A stretch of 64,000 bases of DNA from Trypanosoma brucei (taxonomy: Eukaryota). The notes below the pieces were generated by a model. That model did no database searches. It was not told the origin of the DNA and saw only the letters and a program-made list of their open reading frames with translations. Positions 1-11,893 of this stretch are shown one piece after another. The stretch is taken from assembly GCA_000002445.1 (NCBI GenBank), contig AE017150.2, positions 832,001-896,000 on the forward strand, written 5' to 3'. Position 1 is the stretch's first letter. Each line of letters opens with the position of its first letter. A program made the translations under genes and the position numbers.

Positions 1-350
1 TGATATCACACGAAATTAAAATGACAAAAATGTAACTTGCTTTTCCTACTTTTTTTTTTCAAATGTATGTTTGTTTGTGTGTGTGTGTGTGTGTATGTGT
101 ATGTTTATTATATGGTTTTTATTAATTTTATTTTTTGAAATACGGTAGCGAAAACAAAATAAAATAAAACAACACCAAAAAAGAAAATAATAAGAGGAAA
201 GAGTAAAATATATATATATATGTTAGAAAAAGGGGTATGAAATGAGAAAACAAAAAGTTAGGCAAGCGGAACGCATGGAAGGGGGAAAAAGAGAAAAAAA
301 AGTCACTCGAACCCCTCCTCTTCCTCCTCCTCCTTAAAGGGGAAGCTCAT

Positions 351-617
351 ATATTATATTATATTATATTTATTTGTATTTGTATTTGTATTTGTATCTT
401 TATGTTTACACACTGACACCTCCCGCATAAGTTTCCTTCCTTCCATTTACTCGGCTCCCATTTTTCTCATATGCCTCCATGCATGCACACACTTACTGAG
501 GGCGAAGCGGGAGTGGTGGAAAAGGAGGGAGTGCCAAATGTTTGGAAGACGTGAAAAGAAAAAAGGAAATAAAAAAACAAACATAAACATAAACAAATAC
601 AAATACAAATACAAATG
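351..617. repeat. inverted pair of ATATT/TTTGTA-type satellite tracts (351-410 and 578-617) separated by a ~165-bp spacer
   Basis: Left arm: atattatattatatttatttgtatttgtatttgtatttgtatctttatgtttaca. Right arm: aaacataaacataaacaaatacaaatacaaatacaaatg. The right arm is the reverse complement of the left-arm motifs, so the pair could form a hairpin or cruciform. Confidence 0.8.
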
Positions 618-1214
618 AACACACGTCATTGAAAAAAAAAGAAAAGGGAGAACAAAAGGCGAAATTGTTCCTTTTCCGTGCGCAATAGACTGGCCGCGTA
701 TTCTTCGAGCGGTTTCAGTAGCACAAATGATTCCTTCTTTTTCCTTTGTTTCTAATTTTTTTTTTCTGTTCGTTATATTCCTCTTCCTACTTTCATTTCT
801 TTTTTCTCTTCCTCTCTTCCACCTCCCCTCCGTCCATACCACATTATACCCTTCCTCTTTTCAGATAAACCAATTCTGCAGCTTAACTACTATAGTCTTA
901 CTAGATTAATATATATATATGATTAAATAATTGCATGTTTCTCGGCCTTTTTTGTCTTTTGTCTGTCCGTTTTTCCCTTTTTTTTTTTTTCCTCCCTCTT
1001 CTTTCCTTCTTTTTCCTTCTATACTTTCTCGTGTAGCCCTGTTATGGTTGCTGTTTGGATCCTTTAGACCCTCCGACACGTCTCTCAGCTTTTTTTTTCC
1101 TCCTGCCGCTCCGCCCCACCCCCTTTTCCGCCACGACTGCCTTCTTTAAAACTTCTCCATCTTTTTCCCCCTCGTCTCTCATCATTGCTTTTTGTTCTGC
1201 CCTTTCATTACCGA

Positions 1215-1245
<31 letters not shown>

Positions 1246-1491
1246 GGTGTTGTTGTTTCTGATGCTGCTGCTGCGTTCATTTTCCGCCCCCTCAATCCCA
1301 TTCTCTCATAAAATACACGTAAATGTAAGTGTCCCCCAACGAAACTCCACTAGCCATTTTTTTTTCTTTTCTTTTCTTTTTGTTTTTCGTGTATTTTGTC
1401 CTCTGTTCTCATTGTTTCTCGAGATGATGTCAACACGAGGTGCAAATAATAATAATAATAATAATAATAACAACAACAATAATAATAATAA
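1215..1491. repeat. inverted trinucleotide microsatellite pair: (ATT)11 at 1215-1246 and (AAT)n/(AAC)n at 1445-1491
   Basis: Read directly. The first tract is followed by (GTT)/(GCT) repeats. The second tract is the reverse complement of the first. A further (ACA/ATA)n lies at 2041-2066. Confidence 0.85.
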
Positions 1492-2115
1492 CACCCATCA
1501 AGATCATTTGAACAGATTCCAATCGTTAGCTTCTTCTCTCCCCTGCCCTTTTGATTCACTGGCACTCACCTTCCGGTTACCATCATTGGTTTGAAAACAG
1601 TTATTGCGGCAACGGTAAATATGTCATAACGCCTTCTCTCTCTTAACTGCATCTCCGTGGTAAGAAATTATAGCGTGATCAATTGGACGGAGAGGGGTTT
1701 TAAAAAAAAAAAAAGAAAGAAACATGAGAAGAACAAAACCAAATAGCAACCGAATAGGAAGATGGGTGAGTCAGAGAAGAAATCAAGGACAAAAGGTAGA
1801 GGTAATGGGACAGGAAAGAGAAAAAGGAGATATGGGCTTCAGAAAGAGGGTTCCATCAACACAACGATACCTTGCTCACCGTTACCATGTCACACCACTA
1901 CTCTTGTTGATTTTTTTTTTAAAGAAAAGGGAAAGGGAAAAAAAAACGAAGCATTGTTAACGTTATTTCTTTTTCCTGGTTCATTTGGACTACTACACCT
2001 TATTATAGCGCTGTGAAGGGGATTTAAAAAAAAAAAAGAAACAACAACAATAATAATAATAATAACCCCCGGCACAGTCGCGTGCCGAACACTACAATTT
2101 TTCAGAATTTGGGCT

Positions 2116-3441
2116 TCAGTCCCTTACGCGGTCGTCACGCACGCGGGGCCGCTCCCCCTCACGCGGGTACCTTCGGCGTGATGGACTGCGACTTCGGTCA
2201 CGGCCCCGTTCCCGCTCCCGTGTGAATCGCTTGGGACTGCGACTGCGAGTTCGACTGCGACTGCGGCTGCGGCTGCGGCGTCGGTGCCGGCGTTCGTACG
2301 AGGGTGAGCGGGACCGGGAACGGGGCCGCCTCCTGTCGTATTCACCACCCACACGACGGTCATTGTAAGGAGGCCTTCTGCCAACATCCCCTCGTCTGTC
2401 ACCACCCATAGGACCCATGTAATAACCACCAGGAGGTGCATGTCCCATACGTCCCATTGCGCCCATATTACCCCCACGGTTGCGGTCGTACGAGCCGGGC
2501 TGCATGCGACAATCCCTCGCCATGTGACCCGGACGACCGCAGGTGCGGCAGGTTGGCTCACCACGGCACTGAGTGGCAACGTGACCCTCTTTATTACATT
2601 TGAAGCACCGTTGTCGCTGACGCCTCTCAATCTGCACACGGTGCCCATCCATCTCCGTACCGTCCATCTGAATGGCAGCCGCACAGGCACTTTCGTCTGC
2701 GAAACCAACAAAGGCGAACATCTTCCTTTCATGAATAAAAATATCCACCGGCTCGCCAACTGCCGCGAAAAAATTGCGAATAGAGTTCTCTGTTACATCT
2801 GGTGGAAGGTTCTTGACGACGACCTTCATCTCCAGTTGACTCTCCCGACTCACTGTCCGCTTGAGCTCGACATTAATGATGGTGCCGTTGAGTTCTGTGC
2901 CGGTCATTTTTAGAGCAGCTTCAACAGCTTCGCGGCTGTCAAACCCAACAAAGGCGTAGCGACGACGGGGTTCCAGAAAGAAATCCAAAATAGTACCTGC
3001 GCTTTGAAACATATTCCGTAGTTGCTGTTCCGTTGCGTCATCAGGAAGGTGACGTACAGCAACCTTGTAGTCGTCACGAAAGCGTTTCTGCTTATTGCTT
3101 TCCTCTGTATTTCCCGTATCCGACAGGCCATCACGATTTGCCCCATTGGAGACCTCTCCCGCGGCATCCTCAGCAGAACCCGCCCCCGCGCCGTCTGCCT
3201 GCGGAACATCCTCCGTCGTCTTTTCCACGGCCTCCACTTTCAGTGTTACTCCAACATCGAATTCACAACCATCCATTCTTAGAGCTTCCGCGTAATCGTC
3301 TTGGTTCTTGTAGGAAACTGTCGCCTCCGTCCCAGCGACGCTGCATTCCGTCACTTCACCAAAGCGGGTAAAAAATTCACGAACCGCGTCGTCGGCGGTT
3401 CCGTCGGCAAGTCCAGCCACCCGAAGGGTATATTGTTGCAT
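2116..3441 (-). CDS. RRM1: SR-related RNA-binding protein with RRM domains, two CCHC zinc knuckles and a C-terminal RS/RD-rich tail
   Basis: 441-aa ORF with an ATG start (cat at 3439-3441 on the plus strand). RRM-like segments (FAFVGFADESACAAAIQMDGTEMDGHRVQIERR, YAFVGFDSREAVEAALKMTG) precede CFKCNKEGHVATQC and CRTCGRPGHMARDC knuckles and an RSRSRSPS...RSRSRSRSRTRSRSP tail. This architecture matches my recollection of TbRRM1; the symbol is recall, not a search result. Confidence 0.7.
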   Translation of the reverse strand: MQQYTLRVAGLADGTADDAVREFFTRFGEVTECSVAGTEATVSYKNQDDYAEALRMDGCEFDVGVTLKVEAVEKTTEDVPQADGAGAGSAEDAAGEVSNGANRDGLSDTGNTEESNKQKRFRDDYKVAVRHLPDDATEQQLRNMFQSAGTILDFFLEPRRRYAFVGFDSREAVEAALKMTGTELNGTIINVELKRTVSRESQLEMKVVVKNLPPDVTENSIRNFFAAVGEPVDIFIHERKMFAFVGFADESACAAAIQMDGTEMDGHRVQIERRQRQRCFKCNKEGHVATQCRGEPTCRTCGRPGHMARDCRMQPGSYDRNRGGNMGAMGRMGHAPPGGYYMGPMGGDRRGDVGRRPPYNDRRVGGEYDRRRPRSRSRSPSYERRHRRRSRSRSRSRTRSRSPKRFTRERERGRDRSRSPSRRRYPREGERPRVRDDRVRD

Positions 3442-3980
3442 GCTGTTTTTTACCGTTGACTGCTTTTCTCCTGCCTACCACTTAATTACCCTTTCCCCCC
3501 TTCTTCTGAATGGTTTTCGTTACAGGTACCCACCACCTAACCACCTTCTTCGATTAAAATGGATATACCTCTCCAGCAAAGAGTAGCAATTATCTACTCT
3601 TTTTCTTTTTTTTAAAAAAAAAGTTTGTTTTTCCCTTTTTTAAATTTTTTTTCCTTTCCTGACGCAGTGTATATCTGTAAGATTACGCGTACCCCAGATA
3701 CCTTTCCTGCGTTTTATGTTTCCGCTTTGGTATCCGCCGTGTGAAGGAAAACGCGAAACGGCCTCGTTCTTTGAGTTCCTTTTTTGGGGTGGGAGGGGAA
3801 AGCTTCTTTCCCTTTCGTCTTCTTCCTTTCTGTTTTTGTCGCCGTCTCGAGACTCCTCCTCCGTTGCCTAATCAACAATATTGATAATAATGTTGTTCCT
3901 TCAGTAATAATGTCCGACAGACTAACGCACCTCTAAGCTTAGCTCTGCGCCAAATCAGAACTACTACGATACGGTTTTGT

Positions 3981-4000
3981 ATATATATATATATATATAT
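3981..4000. repeat. (AT)10 dinucleotide microsatellite
   Basis: atatatatatatatatatat read directly in the RRM1-ALG12 intergenic region. Similar short (TA)n tracts lie at 18055-18072, 39063-39076 and 60589-60602. Confidence 0.85.
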
Positions 4001-6136
4001 GTAAATGTATATACATACATACAATTACGATATTGTTGTTGTTGTTGGAAAGGGTTAGTGTGTTGATACGCATGCATGAGGAAAGGAGCATAAAGACACA
4101 TCATAATACCCGGTGGTTATTGTTGCAGCAGTGATGACGGAGCTTCCAGTCAATCAGTCAGTCGTGAGTTCGGTTTCATTTTTAACGCATCCATGGGAGT
4201 CCTTCAAATTTCCCCACACTTCGGAACCTCACATCAGCACATATCGCGTAGAAACGAGCACACTTACACGAAACCACCATACAAACATGAGCCATTTCCC
4301 TCCCCTCATGCCTTTCATTCGCATTCAGTAAATTAGTTTAGTTCATTGAGTATTGTGTTGCCGTATTTGCTCATTGTTCTTATCTGATACATATACGTAT
4401 ACAGCTGCGTGCGAGTGAACGTTATGGTTTGGGTCGCAGCACACCTCACCAAATATCGCACACAAACGTTCACCCAACCACTCAGTCATACATAAATTCA
4501 CGTGCACAGGATATGTACAAGTAAAAACAACAACTACAAAAGAAAAAGCAACCATCGTGTACACGACCATTGTAAACAGTACCACGAAATACGCACGAAC
4601 TGACACGACATCACAGCGCAACATATGCAAACTAAAGCCTCTCCCTCATTGCTCCTTCCAACTCAAACAAACCCGCGTCACCACGACAACACGACACCAC
4701 CTCCCCTACCACCACCACAACAAAAAACATATACAACAAAAAATACATACGCGCATGATTTTTTTTTTTCATCATTCGTCCCCCCACCCGCACTAACCAG
4801 GAAATTACAGCGGGTGAAGGAGGTTTGAGAGTACACAGTCAAGTGGTAATTAGCTCACATAACCACAACATACGAATGGAAAGAGAAAGGGAAAAAGAAA
4901 GGTTAAGGTAAGGAAAGGTAAGGTCGAAAAAAAAAAACGGAAAAAAAAAAGAAATATAGCAACACATAAGCGAAATGAGATAGAGAAACCCACGCCTTCC
5001 CCCTCTCTTTCTCTTTATTCAACTGACTCCTCACCCTTTCAATTATCCATCAACAATGGTTCCCCATCACACTCCTCACCACTTCCTCTCCTCCCACCTT
5101 ACATGCATACCCTTTCGTGTCCACGCTCCCATTTGATTAGGTGTCCTGCACCTGAGACATGAAAATAAAATAAAAATAAAAAACAAACCCATTTATTGTG
5201 TGTGTGTGTGTTTCGTTTCTCCGTCACTTTAAATTTAACATATTTATTTATTTGATCGCTCTTCCCACACACACCTCCCGTCGCGCACCTGCTTGCCTCA
5301 TTGCTTGCCTGCTACTGCCTCAGATTGTATATACACAAACACACTAATTTATGTAAAGCAAAGGAAGCAACACCAACAAAAATATAATTGGAGGGATGAA
5401 GCAAATGAATAAACAAATAAATAAGTGAATGAATTAATGAATGAAGTAAGTAAGGAACTTCAAAGTGTTTGGAAACCCACGAGGGGGGAAAAGAAAAAGT
5501 AGTCATAACGGCAAAGAGGGGGAAACCAGTCAGTCTCCGCCACTGAATATCATGACACTCACAGGTCATTCCTACTTTCCCGAAGATTGGCAGTAGGAAG
5601 CATTAGGCGCCGGTATTAGAATCAGAATAAAAACTTATAAGGTATGGAAAGTAGTCTTCATGAGCCGCCCTATTCGCAACGGCGAGGCATCAAATAATAA
5701 ATGGAGGGATGGAAAACGCTAGTATTTAAAGAATGAAAACAGGAAATAAGGGAGATACATTCCCTCATTTCCTGATGGTACCTTCACAGCACTGCAATTG
5801 TTTGCCATCACAGATTCGAGCACACAAACACGCGAGGACACGTACCACAGAGATCAAGTGCCGACACATAAAGTGGCATCCTTTCCACAAAAATTTAAAA
5901 AAATAGAAGACAAAAGACAGTAAAGTCGAGAAAGGAAAAAAAAAAAGAAAGGGGACAACACGAAATGAAACACAGAAGACAAAAATTTTCCAACGTGTGT
6001 TAAATTAGAGAGCGGGCAACAATATAAACAATTTTACAAAATATATTTATTAATAGGCATATATTTATTCGCCAAAGACAAGTGGCGCACGTGCTAAGTG
6101 CACGCGCAGCTCTGAAAGCAGGTAAGGACACGTGCC

Positions 6137-8413
6137 TCAACATCGTGGACCAAGGGCAATAAGGAAAGGTTTTCCCTCCGGGTCCGCCTGGTCCGCAACC
6201 TCATGTCGTTTCCGCAACCAAAACAACTGCATAAGCCGCAATTTGAGCATATGCAGTCTATTGGACTCATGCACGACTGCGATTTCATTGTACTCCCCGT
6301 GCTTGCGGTGAAGCTCCCGCTGCGAGTACCGCGAAATCACGTAATCTATGCCTTCAGAGTTGTACAAGTCATTAGTTTCGTCAAATCGTATTTCTTCCTT
6401 AATGTATTGCATCTCCAGCCCGCGTCTCTGAAGCAATATCGAAAGACTGAAGGCATCTGATACCTCTGTGCGGCTGCTATCGCCACCACTAACAACAGCG
6501 GGGGATGGCACATTGCCCGTCCCAAACAATTCTTCATCATGAAGCCCAGTGTCGCCAACAACTATTGATCGTCCGACACTCATTAGCGCGCGGAAAGGAA
6601 ATGTCAAAAGTTTAACAAAGCGATCCGACACCTGCTGTGAAGCGCCAGCGGTTGCAAATGTGCTATTTGTGGGGTTCCGCCTCTGTATTTTATGCACCTT
6701 CTGGAAGCGGCTGATTCCAGTCATTGCTGCATAGGCGTCAATGAAGACAGAAATAGAGTTGCTCCTGTTCGTTCTTGTGGTTAGGCGCCGACTTAGGCAC
6801 GAGGACGAGTTCCTAACATCTTTTTCTACAGCGTGGTGAAGACGTCGTAGAGCCTCGGACCCCGGGTAATTATCAGCGCTCAAGTACACAGAAAGCAAAA
6901 CGGTCGCGAGCTGCACAGTGTACAAGAGGACTATCAAAGATGCGATGACAGAGCGCCGGGTTAAGCAAGCAAGAAACCACCTCGGCCTGACATTAAAACC
7001 ACCCTTCCCATCTCCTCTGCTGCGCAGGTTTGCACCCTCATTCCTCCACTTTACTAGCGTAGCACGCCCCTGTACAATTCCCTTTCCTTTTGTCACCTCC
7101 AATGTGCAAGATGACAGTGGCCGCGCGAAACACTCGTCCCATAGGCGTGTACCAGCCGCCGCTAGGGGCACCAGCAACCAGGGAAACACAATCATCAAAA
7201 ACCGAACTTCCTTGTGGGGAAGCAAACTGTACAATACGATGAAGAGACTTGACGGTACCAATAAGTCAGCGTACCGCTCGCTGGTGTCCAGAAACACCCA
7301 AAGCGCACAGTGGGCTGCAGCAGGTGATGGTTCTTCACTAGTTGTTCCTTCTCTTCTGCCCGCGCCCGACAACCTATGCAATGCAAAATATATGTTCCCC
7401 CACCCCATGCACACTAAAGTAAGCCACAATGGATACAGAAAGAGCAAGCTGCGCGGCAGTGCCACCAGCACGTACCAATATACGGGCAGCCTTCCCCACC
7501 TCCACGATTGATTCTCTGCGGTGTTAAACAGGAGAACCACGGCTTCCGGCCACACCAACCTCCCCCACAAGTAGCTATCCATCCCAATACTGAAGATAAC
7601 GACAGCAGCCACCGAACAGATGCCCGCCGCGACGCCACGCAGCAACGTGATGTCACCTCTCAACAACAAGAATAAAGAGTAAGGTGCCAGCAAGACCAGA
7701 ACATCACATCGAAACAACGCTGAGGTAGCGCTGAGCAGTGCAATTGCCCAATAGTATTTGCCACGGCAAGTAGCACCACATGCTAGAGTACACATTATAA
7801 GTCCGTACGTGTTGGGCAACGGCCGCGTTGCATAAAATACCAAATGAAATTGCGACAGGCACAACAAGTAAAACACACTCGAAACATGCCGCATACTGAC
7901 AGGGCACCTGGCTGCGGCAACACGTGAAGATGTGCTCTTGAATTTTTCCCATTTCGCAGCGCTGTCAATACCACAACCAACATAACCGAGAGCACAGCAG
8001 GTGACGACGCCCAAGGTCACCCGACACATGTTAGAAGCAAGCATTGGAAACAACGCAAACAACTCCTCAGAAGAACCCACAAGACCAACATCCTCCACCA
8101 GTCGAACAAACCATGCAACATCTCCCGCAACAACATACTTCAATGGTTCCAATAGGAACCTTACGACATAATTCACATCACAGAGAAACGGCAACATCGC
8201 CAACGACGCAACAAACCAAGGTCCAGTAAACGTTCGAGGAACCACCCCAGGCGAGCTTAAATGGTCAAAACATGCTCTTTTACCACAAAGCAAAAAATCA
8301 TGCATCGCCTGCATACCGAAGCTCTCCTCCACTTTCGTATAAGGGCAAACTATTTCAACAGAAATGACACAAGCCAACAAAAATAAAAAACTAAAAAACG
8401 ATAAAACAGTCAT
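6137..8413 (-). CDS. ALG12: Dol-P-Man-dependent alpha-1,6-mannosyltransferase ALG12-like (glycosyltransferase family 22), multi-pass membrane protein with a long C-terminal extension
   Basis: 758-aa ORF with the N-terminal GT22 signature CPYTKVEESFGMQAMHD...DHLSSPGVVPRTFTGP, as in ALG12-type enzymes, and many hydrophobic helices. Sitting next to the RRM1-like gene matches the TbRRM1/TbALG12 order I recall. The true start Met may lie downstream of the first ATG. Confidence 0.65.
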   Translation of the reverse strand: MTVLSFFSFLFLLACVISVEIVCPYTKVEESFGMQAMHDFLLCGKRACFDHLSSPGVVPRTFTGPWFVASLAMLPFLCDVNYVVRFLLEPLKYVVAGDVAWFVRLVEDVGLVGSSEELFALFPMLASNMCRVTLGVVTCCALGYVGCGIDSAAKWEKFKSTSSRVAAARCPVSMRHVSSVFYLLCLSQFHLVFYATRPLPNTYGLIMCTLACGATCRGKYYWAIALLSATSALFRCDVLVLLAPYSLFLLLRGDITLLRGVAAGICSVAAVVIFSIGMDSYLWGRLVWPEAVVLLFNTAENQSWRWGRLPVYWYVLVALPRSLLFLYPLWLTLVCMGWGNIYFALHRLSGAGRREGTTSEEPSPAAAHCALWVFLDTSERYADLLVPSSLFIVLYSLLPHKEVRFLMIVFPWLLVPLAAAGTRLWDECFARPLSSCTLEVTKGKGIVQGRATLVKWRNEGANLRSRGDGKGGFNVRPRWFLACLTRRSVIASLIVLLYTVQLATVLLSVYLSADNYPGSEALRRLHHAVEKDVRNSSSCLSRRLTTRTNRSNSISVFIDAYAAMTGISRFQKVHKIQRRNPTNSTFATAGASQQVSDRFVKLLTFPFRALMSVGRSIVVGDTGLHDEELFGTGNVPSPAVVSGGDSSRTEVSDAFSLSILLQRRGLEMQYIKEEIRFDETNDLYNSEGIDYVISRYSQRELHRKHGEYNEIAVVHESNRLHMLKLRLMQLFWLRKRHEVADQADPEGKPFLIALGPRC

Positions 8414-8841
8414 TTACAGATAAGACTACGTGAAAAGGAAAAGAAAAAAAATAGAAATTTAAAAACTGCACTCACTCACAGAGAATATACATTACACGTC
8501 ACAAGCATTCAAATACAGCACAAAAATAAGGTTGACAACGAGCTTCCGGTGCACACACCAACCCGTAAACGAATAACAAAGCACATCAAAAACACAAAAC
8601 TACCAAGACAATCGATAAGGTAACTGTATGCCACGCCAACCAGTTGCAGCGCAATGCTCATACTGGCAAACGTGGCACACGCTGCGCCAAGGCTCACAGT
8701 ATCAACAGTGATGTAATCGACAGAGCGTTACCAAATACATCACCACGACAGGACATAGCACACTACGGAACCTGCAACATTACGATATAGCTGCAAAACA
8801 AAACAACAGGAAAAACAATTACTGTATATCCACAACACCGG

Positions 8842-9870
8842 TCACAGCTGCGCCCCATCACGCGTCCAGTACACCTCCCCACTCATTGCAGCCTCGTCCA
8901 TCTGCTTCCGCTTCTCACCTTCAGGGAGTCGGTAATTCATAAAAACAATACGCATCTCCTCTGGCGTCATGTCCTTCACCCAACCTCGTGCATTCAAGTA
9001 ACGTCGAGCAAGTTCCCGCTCCCTCAAATCACGATGATAAGGGCTCAGTGGGTGGCTCGCTCTCCACAGGGTATCCAGTAAACAGGGGTCACGCAAACCC
9101 TCCTCAATCTGTTCATCCGTCAGTGGTGACATATTGGGCCGGTGCAACCGCTCAATCAGTGGTGCCTCTTCAAGTTCACGCTGCCTCAACGTAGTATATT
9201 GTTCCATGTGTATACGCCTGTACCTTTCGCATTCCTCCGTGTACTGCTGCTCAGTCATATCTTTCACGGGGGAACTGTAAGGTGTATCTACGCCAATGAA
9301 ACAAACACCCATCCGCCTGGCTTGCCCAACAACGCGTCGTACACGGGTCTCCAGTAACGGGTACTCTGGACGTCCCCAACACAACGGTTTCATTTTCGCT
9401 ATTTCGTATGCCATCTCCAATGTCATCAGAGCACAGTAGTGCCCTCGCAGCGGCACAGGTCCCGTCTCCCGCCGCTTCTTCCGAAGTGCACGCAGAATGA
9501 ACCACGCAGTAGGTGGCGGTTCAATTGTAAAAAGATACGATTTGTCAAAGTACACTTGGATGCGAACAATCAGCTCGACATCTTCCTTGAAGTGTGGCTT
9601 CGTCCGGTCATTGAACACCTTCGCAAAATCCATCGCCTTCAGCCCAAGTTTCGAAAACTCTTGTCCCACGGGAGGACCCGTCGCCGCCTTCCCAGCCTTA
9701 ATAAAGAAACGCCAGTTGTGCAATACACGCTTCCCAGGAAATTCAGGTCGCCCAAATATATCCCTCGCCTTCTCAACCACCAAAGCTTCAGGCAGTCGGT
9801 TTGAACCAGGTTCTACACACACCGTCTTGGGCCGTGCCCTTAGTTGAAGGACGCCACACGCGCGGAGCAT
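8842..9870 (-). CDS. ribosomal protein L11-domain protein (likely mitochondrial large-subunit L11), copy 1
   Basis: 342-aa ORF. KAGKAATGPPVGQEFSKLGLKAMDFAKVFNDRTK resembles the L11 N-terminal domain consensus. An identical protein is encoded at 31965..32993. Confidence 0.65.
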   Translation of the reverse strand: MLRACGVLQLRARPKTVCVEPGSNRLPEALVVEKARDIFGRPEFPGKRVLHNWRFFIKAGKAATGPPVGQEFSKLGLKAMDFAKVFNDRTKPHFKEDVELIVRIQVYFDKSYLFTIEPPPTAWFILRALRKKRRETGPVPLRGHYCALMTLEMAYEIAKMKPLCWGRPEYPLLETRVRRVVGQARRMGVCFIGVDTPYSSPVKDMTEQQYTEECERYRRIHMEQYTTLRQRELEEAPLIERLHRPNMSPLTDEQIEEGLRDPCLLDTLWRASHPLSPYHRDLRERELARRYLNARGWVKDMTPEEMRIVFMNYRLPEGEKRKQMDEAAMSGEVYWTRDGAQL

Positions 9871-10412
9871 CAGTCAACTGTCACTAAATGGCTTACACAC
9901 AATTACTAGTTGTAAGTCCTTATATACAGTTGCGTACCAGAAGAGAAGAGGGAAGAGATAGTAACAGCAAGCATCCAAAGAAATGGGCGAGACGGTATAC
10001 AGGAAACATGTGTATGCATGTAGGCAGTAAGTAGAGCCCGTGCAGCAAGCAAAGGAAATGGTGAAACAGCACAATTACCGTATAGTGAAGAGAAGCTTCA
10101 GAAACACAAATACAACAAAATGTAAAGGGAAGGGAAGGAATAATACTGAGACCACACACACACGCACACAGAAAGAGAGAGAGAGAGAGACGTACAGACA
10201 AACAAGGAGAAAAAACTCCTCACGATGATTCACATTCCAACACGCGGCATACGACAGTTCCTACCGCAACCGCGTCGCGCCATATTAACGCACACACTCA
10301 CTCCATAAATGAATCAAATGTTCAGCACCCGCATCGATCACATCCTAAGCAATGCATTACTCAGTGCATGGCCAAGGGGAGAGTGCACATCCCAACAAGC
10401 TATAATAGCATC

Positions 10413-11393
10413 CTACTCAATTATACCACACAGAAACGACAAGAATAACAGGATACAACAAACAGGAAACGGCACCTTGTACAGAAGGAACACACTCAAT
10501 AGTGAGTACATCTCCCTCCCAGAATCAGGTGCAATAACATTCGTCATTCTGCTTGCCTCGCCGACAGCTGCTTCATACCCATTACTGCACCGACCGCTAG
10601 GAACAGTACCTGAAGCACAGTTAACAGGAGAATAAACCAATGGAGAAGCCGAAGCAGCAGTCTGATCCCCAGCACCCTTTGGGGAGTGACGGCTCCTCAA
10701 CGCTGTCGAAGGTGGAGACACCTCTCCTCCAGCATTCCTTACAGCTGAACCTAACTGTGGCTGTGCTGCCGGAGCTTTCTCCACAGCCGCAGTCTCACAA
10801 CCTTCCACAAGTCCTTCCACCTTTCCATGACTTCGCTTCATCACAAGGCTATCCGGAACACCCAACTCCCCATAAATACAGCGAAGTGCACACCGAACAG
10901 CATTCCGCTCCCTCGCCTGCACACGTCCACGTTGCTTCCAAAATGCAGCAGCGACGTCCGGACCGCTAGGGCCCTTGCTACTACAGTCACCTCCAAAGAA
11001 ACCACTCACAGACTCATACGGTGCCATAACTTCCCTCGGCACCACACATATATCCACGAACACCTCATCCCTTGTGCCAGCGTCTGGCAACTCCACAGCT
11101 CCTTCCTCCACGCCACCACGCCTCGCTGCGAGACGACGGAGCCTACGGATGTCAAGCATAAACTTCACCCTCACACATTCACCAGCAAATATCAGTCCAA
11201 CAGATGGTTGAACACCATAGCGATTGCGTACAGCACTGAGAACTTTGAACGCCACAACATTCTCACAAGGGTCCTCAGTACGTACAAGTAGACTACTTAA
11301 CTCGATAATATTCTCAATACTGGCATCCGTCAGAGGAGAAGGAAAGTACAGGCACTCCTGTGAAAAACAAACAATGCCCCCACCACCCTTCAT
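10413..11393 (-). CDS. conserved hypothetical protein (326 aa), copy 1
   Basis: Long ORF with coding-like composition and a polypyrimidine tract on the minus strand upstream. The copy at 33536..34516 differs by one residue (S to R). I recognise no domain. Confidence 0.5.
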   Translation of the reverse strand: MKGGGGIVCFSQECLYFPSPLTDASIENIIELSSLLVRTEDPCENVVAFKVLSAVRNRYGVQPSVGLIFAGECVRVKFMLDIRRLRRLAARRGGVEEGAVELPDAGTRDEVFVDICVVPREVMAPYESVSGFFGGDCSSKGPSGPDVAAAFWKQRGRVQARERNAVRCALRCIYGELGVPDSLVMKRSHGKVEGLVEGCETAAVEKAPAAQPQLGSAVRNAGGEVSPPSTALRSRHSPKGAGDQTAASASPLVYSPVNCASGTVPSGRCSNGYEAAVGEASRMTNVIAPDSGREMYSLLSVFLLYKVPFPVCCILLFLSFLCGIIE

Positions 11394-11893
11394 CGTGGAT
11401 GAAAGATACGAAACACTAATTACTCACCCGTAAGAAAGGACAGATACGAAATAGAGAAGAAAAACATAAACACATTCCCGGGAAGTAATGACAGTCACAG
11501 ATACAACAAGTATGAAAAAGAAGATATTACACCAATAATAAAATAGCAAAACACCAACCTCTAATACGGTCGAATAAATATAAACATATAACATGTCCGC
11601 TACGCAACAATTAAGCGAAACAAAAAACAATGAAAGGATAGAAAAAATACAGCGCAAACTTCGTTGGGTTGTCAAACAATTCAAAAACACAGATTATGTG
11701 GTTGCCCACAGCGCCAACAAATCATATAACCATGCCAAATAACGAGCTGAAAGCACTCCCCACTACGGTGTCATCCTCATGGTCATACCAATAAAGTAAA
11801 ATACAGAGCAAAAAAATGATCATACATACCATTCGAACGTATCATAGTACAATGAAAGAGTGACAAACATTTATGCAGCCACGCAACTCAACA

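Noticed and set aside
1055-1594. 179-aa plus-strand ORF with poly-Leu and a poly-Asn run (and the overlapping minus ORFs 1306..1494 and 1350..1565)
   Set aside because: These are translations of the (ATT)n/(AAT)n microsatellites and the surrounding pyrimidine-rich low-complexity DNA, not genes.
2124-2913. Long overlapping ORFs inside the RRM1-like gene, both alternative-frame (2124..2759) and antisense (2440..2913). Similar ORFs lie inside other genes, for example 6918..7511 in ALG12 and 41369..42076 / 41696..42049 in the zinc-finger gene.
   Set aside because: This is typical stop-codon depletion in overlapping frames of GC3-biased coding sequence. They have no independent support and overlap the better-supported frame.
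8509-8697. 62-aa ORF at the left edge of both duplication units (also at 31632..31820)
   Set aside because: Short and hydrophobic, immediately downstream of the L11-like gene. It is most likely 3'-UTR sequence.
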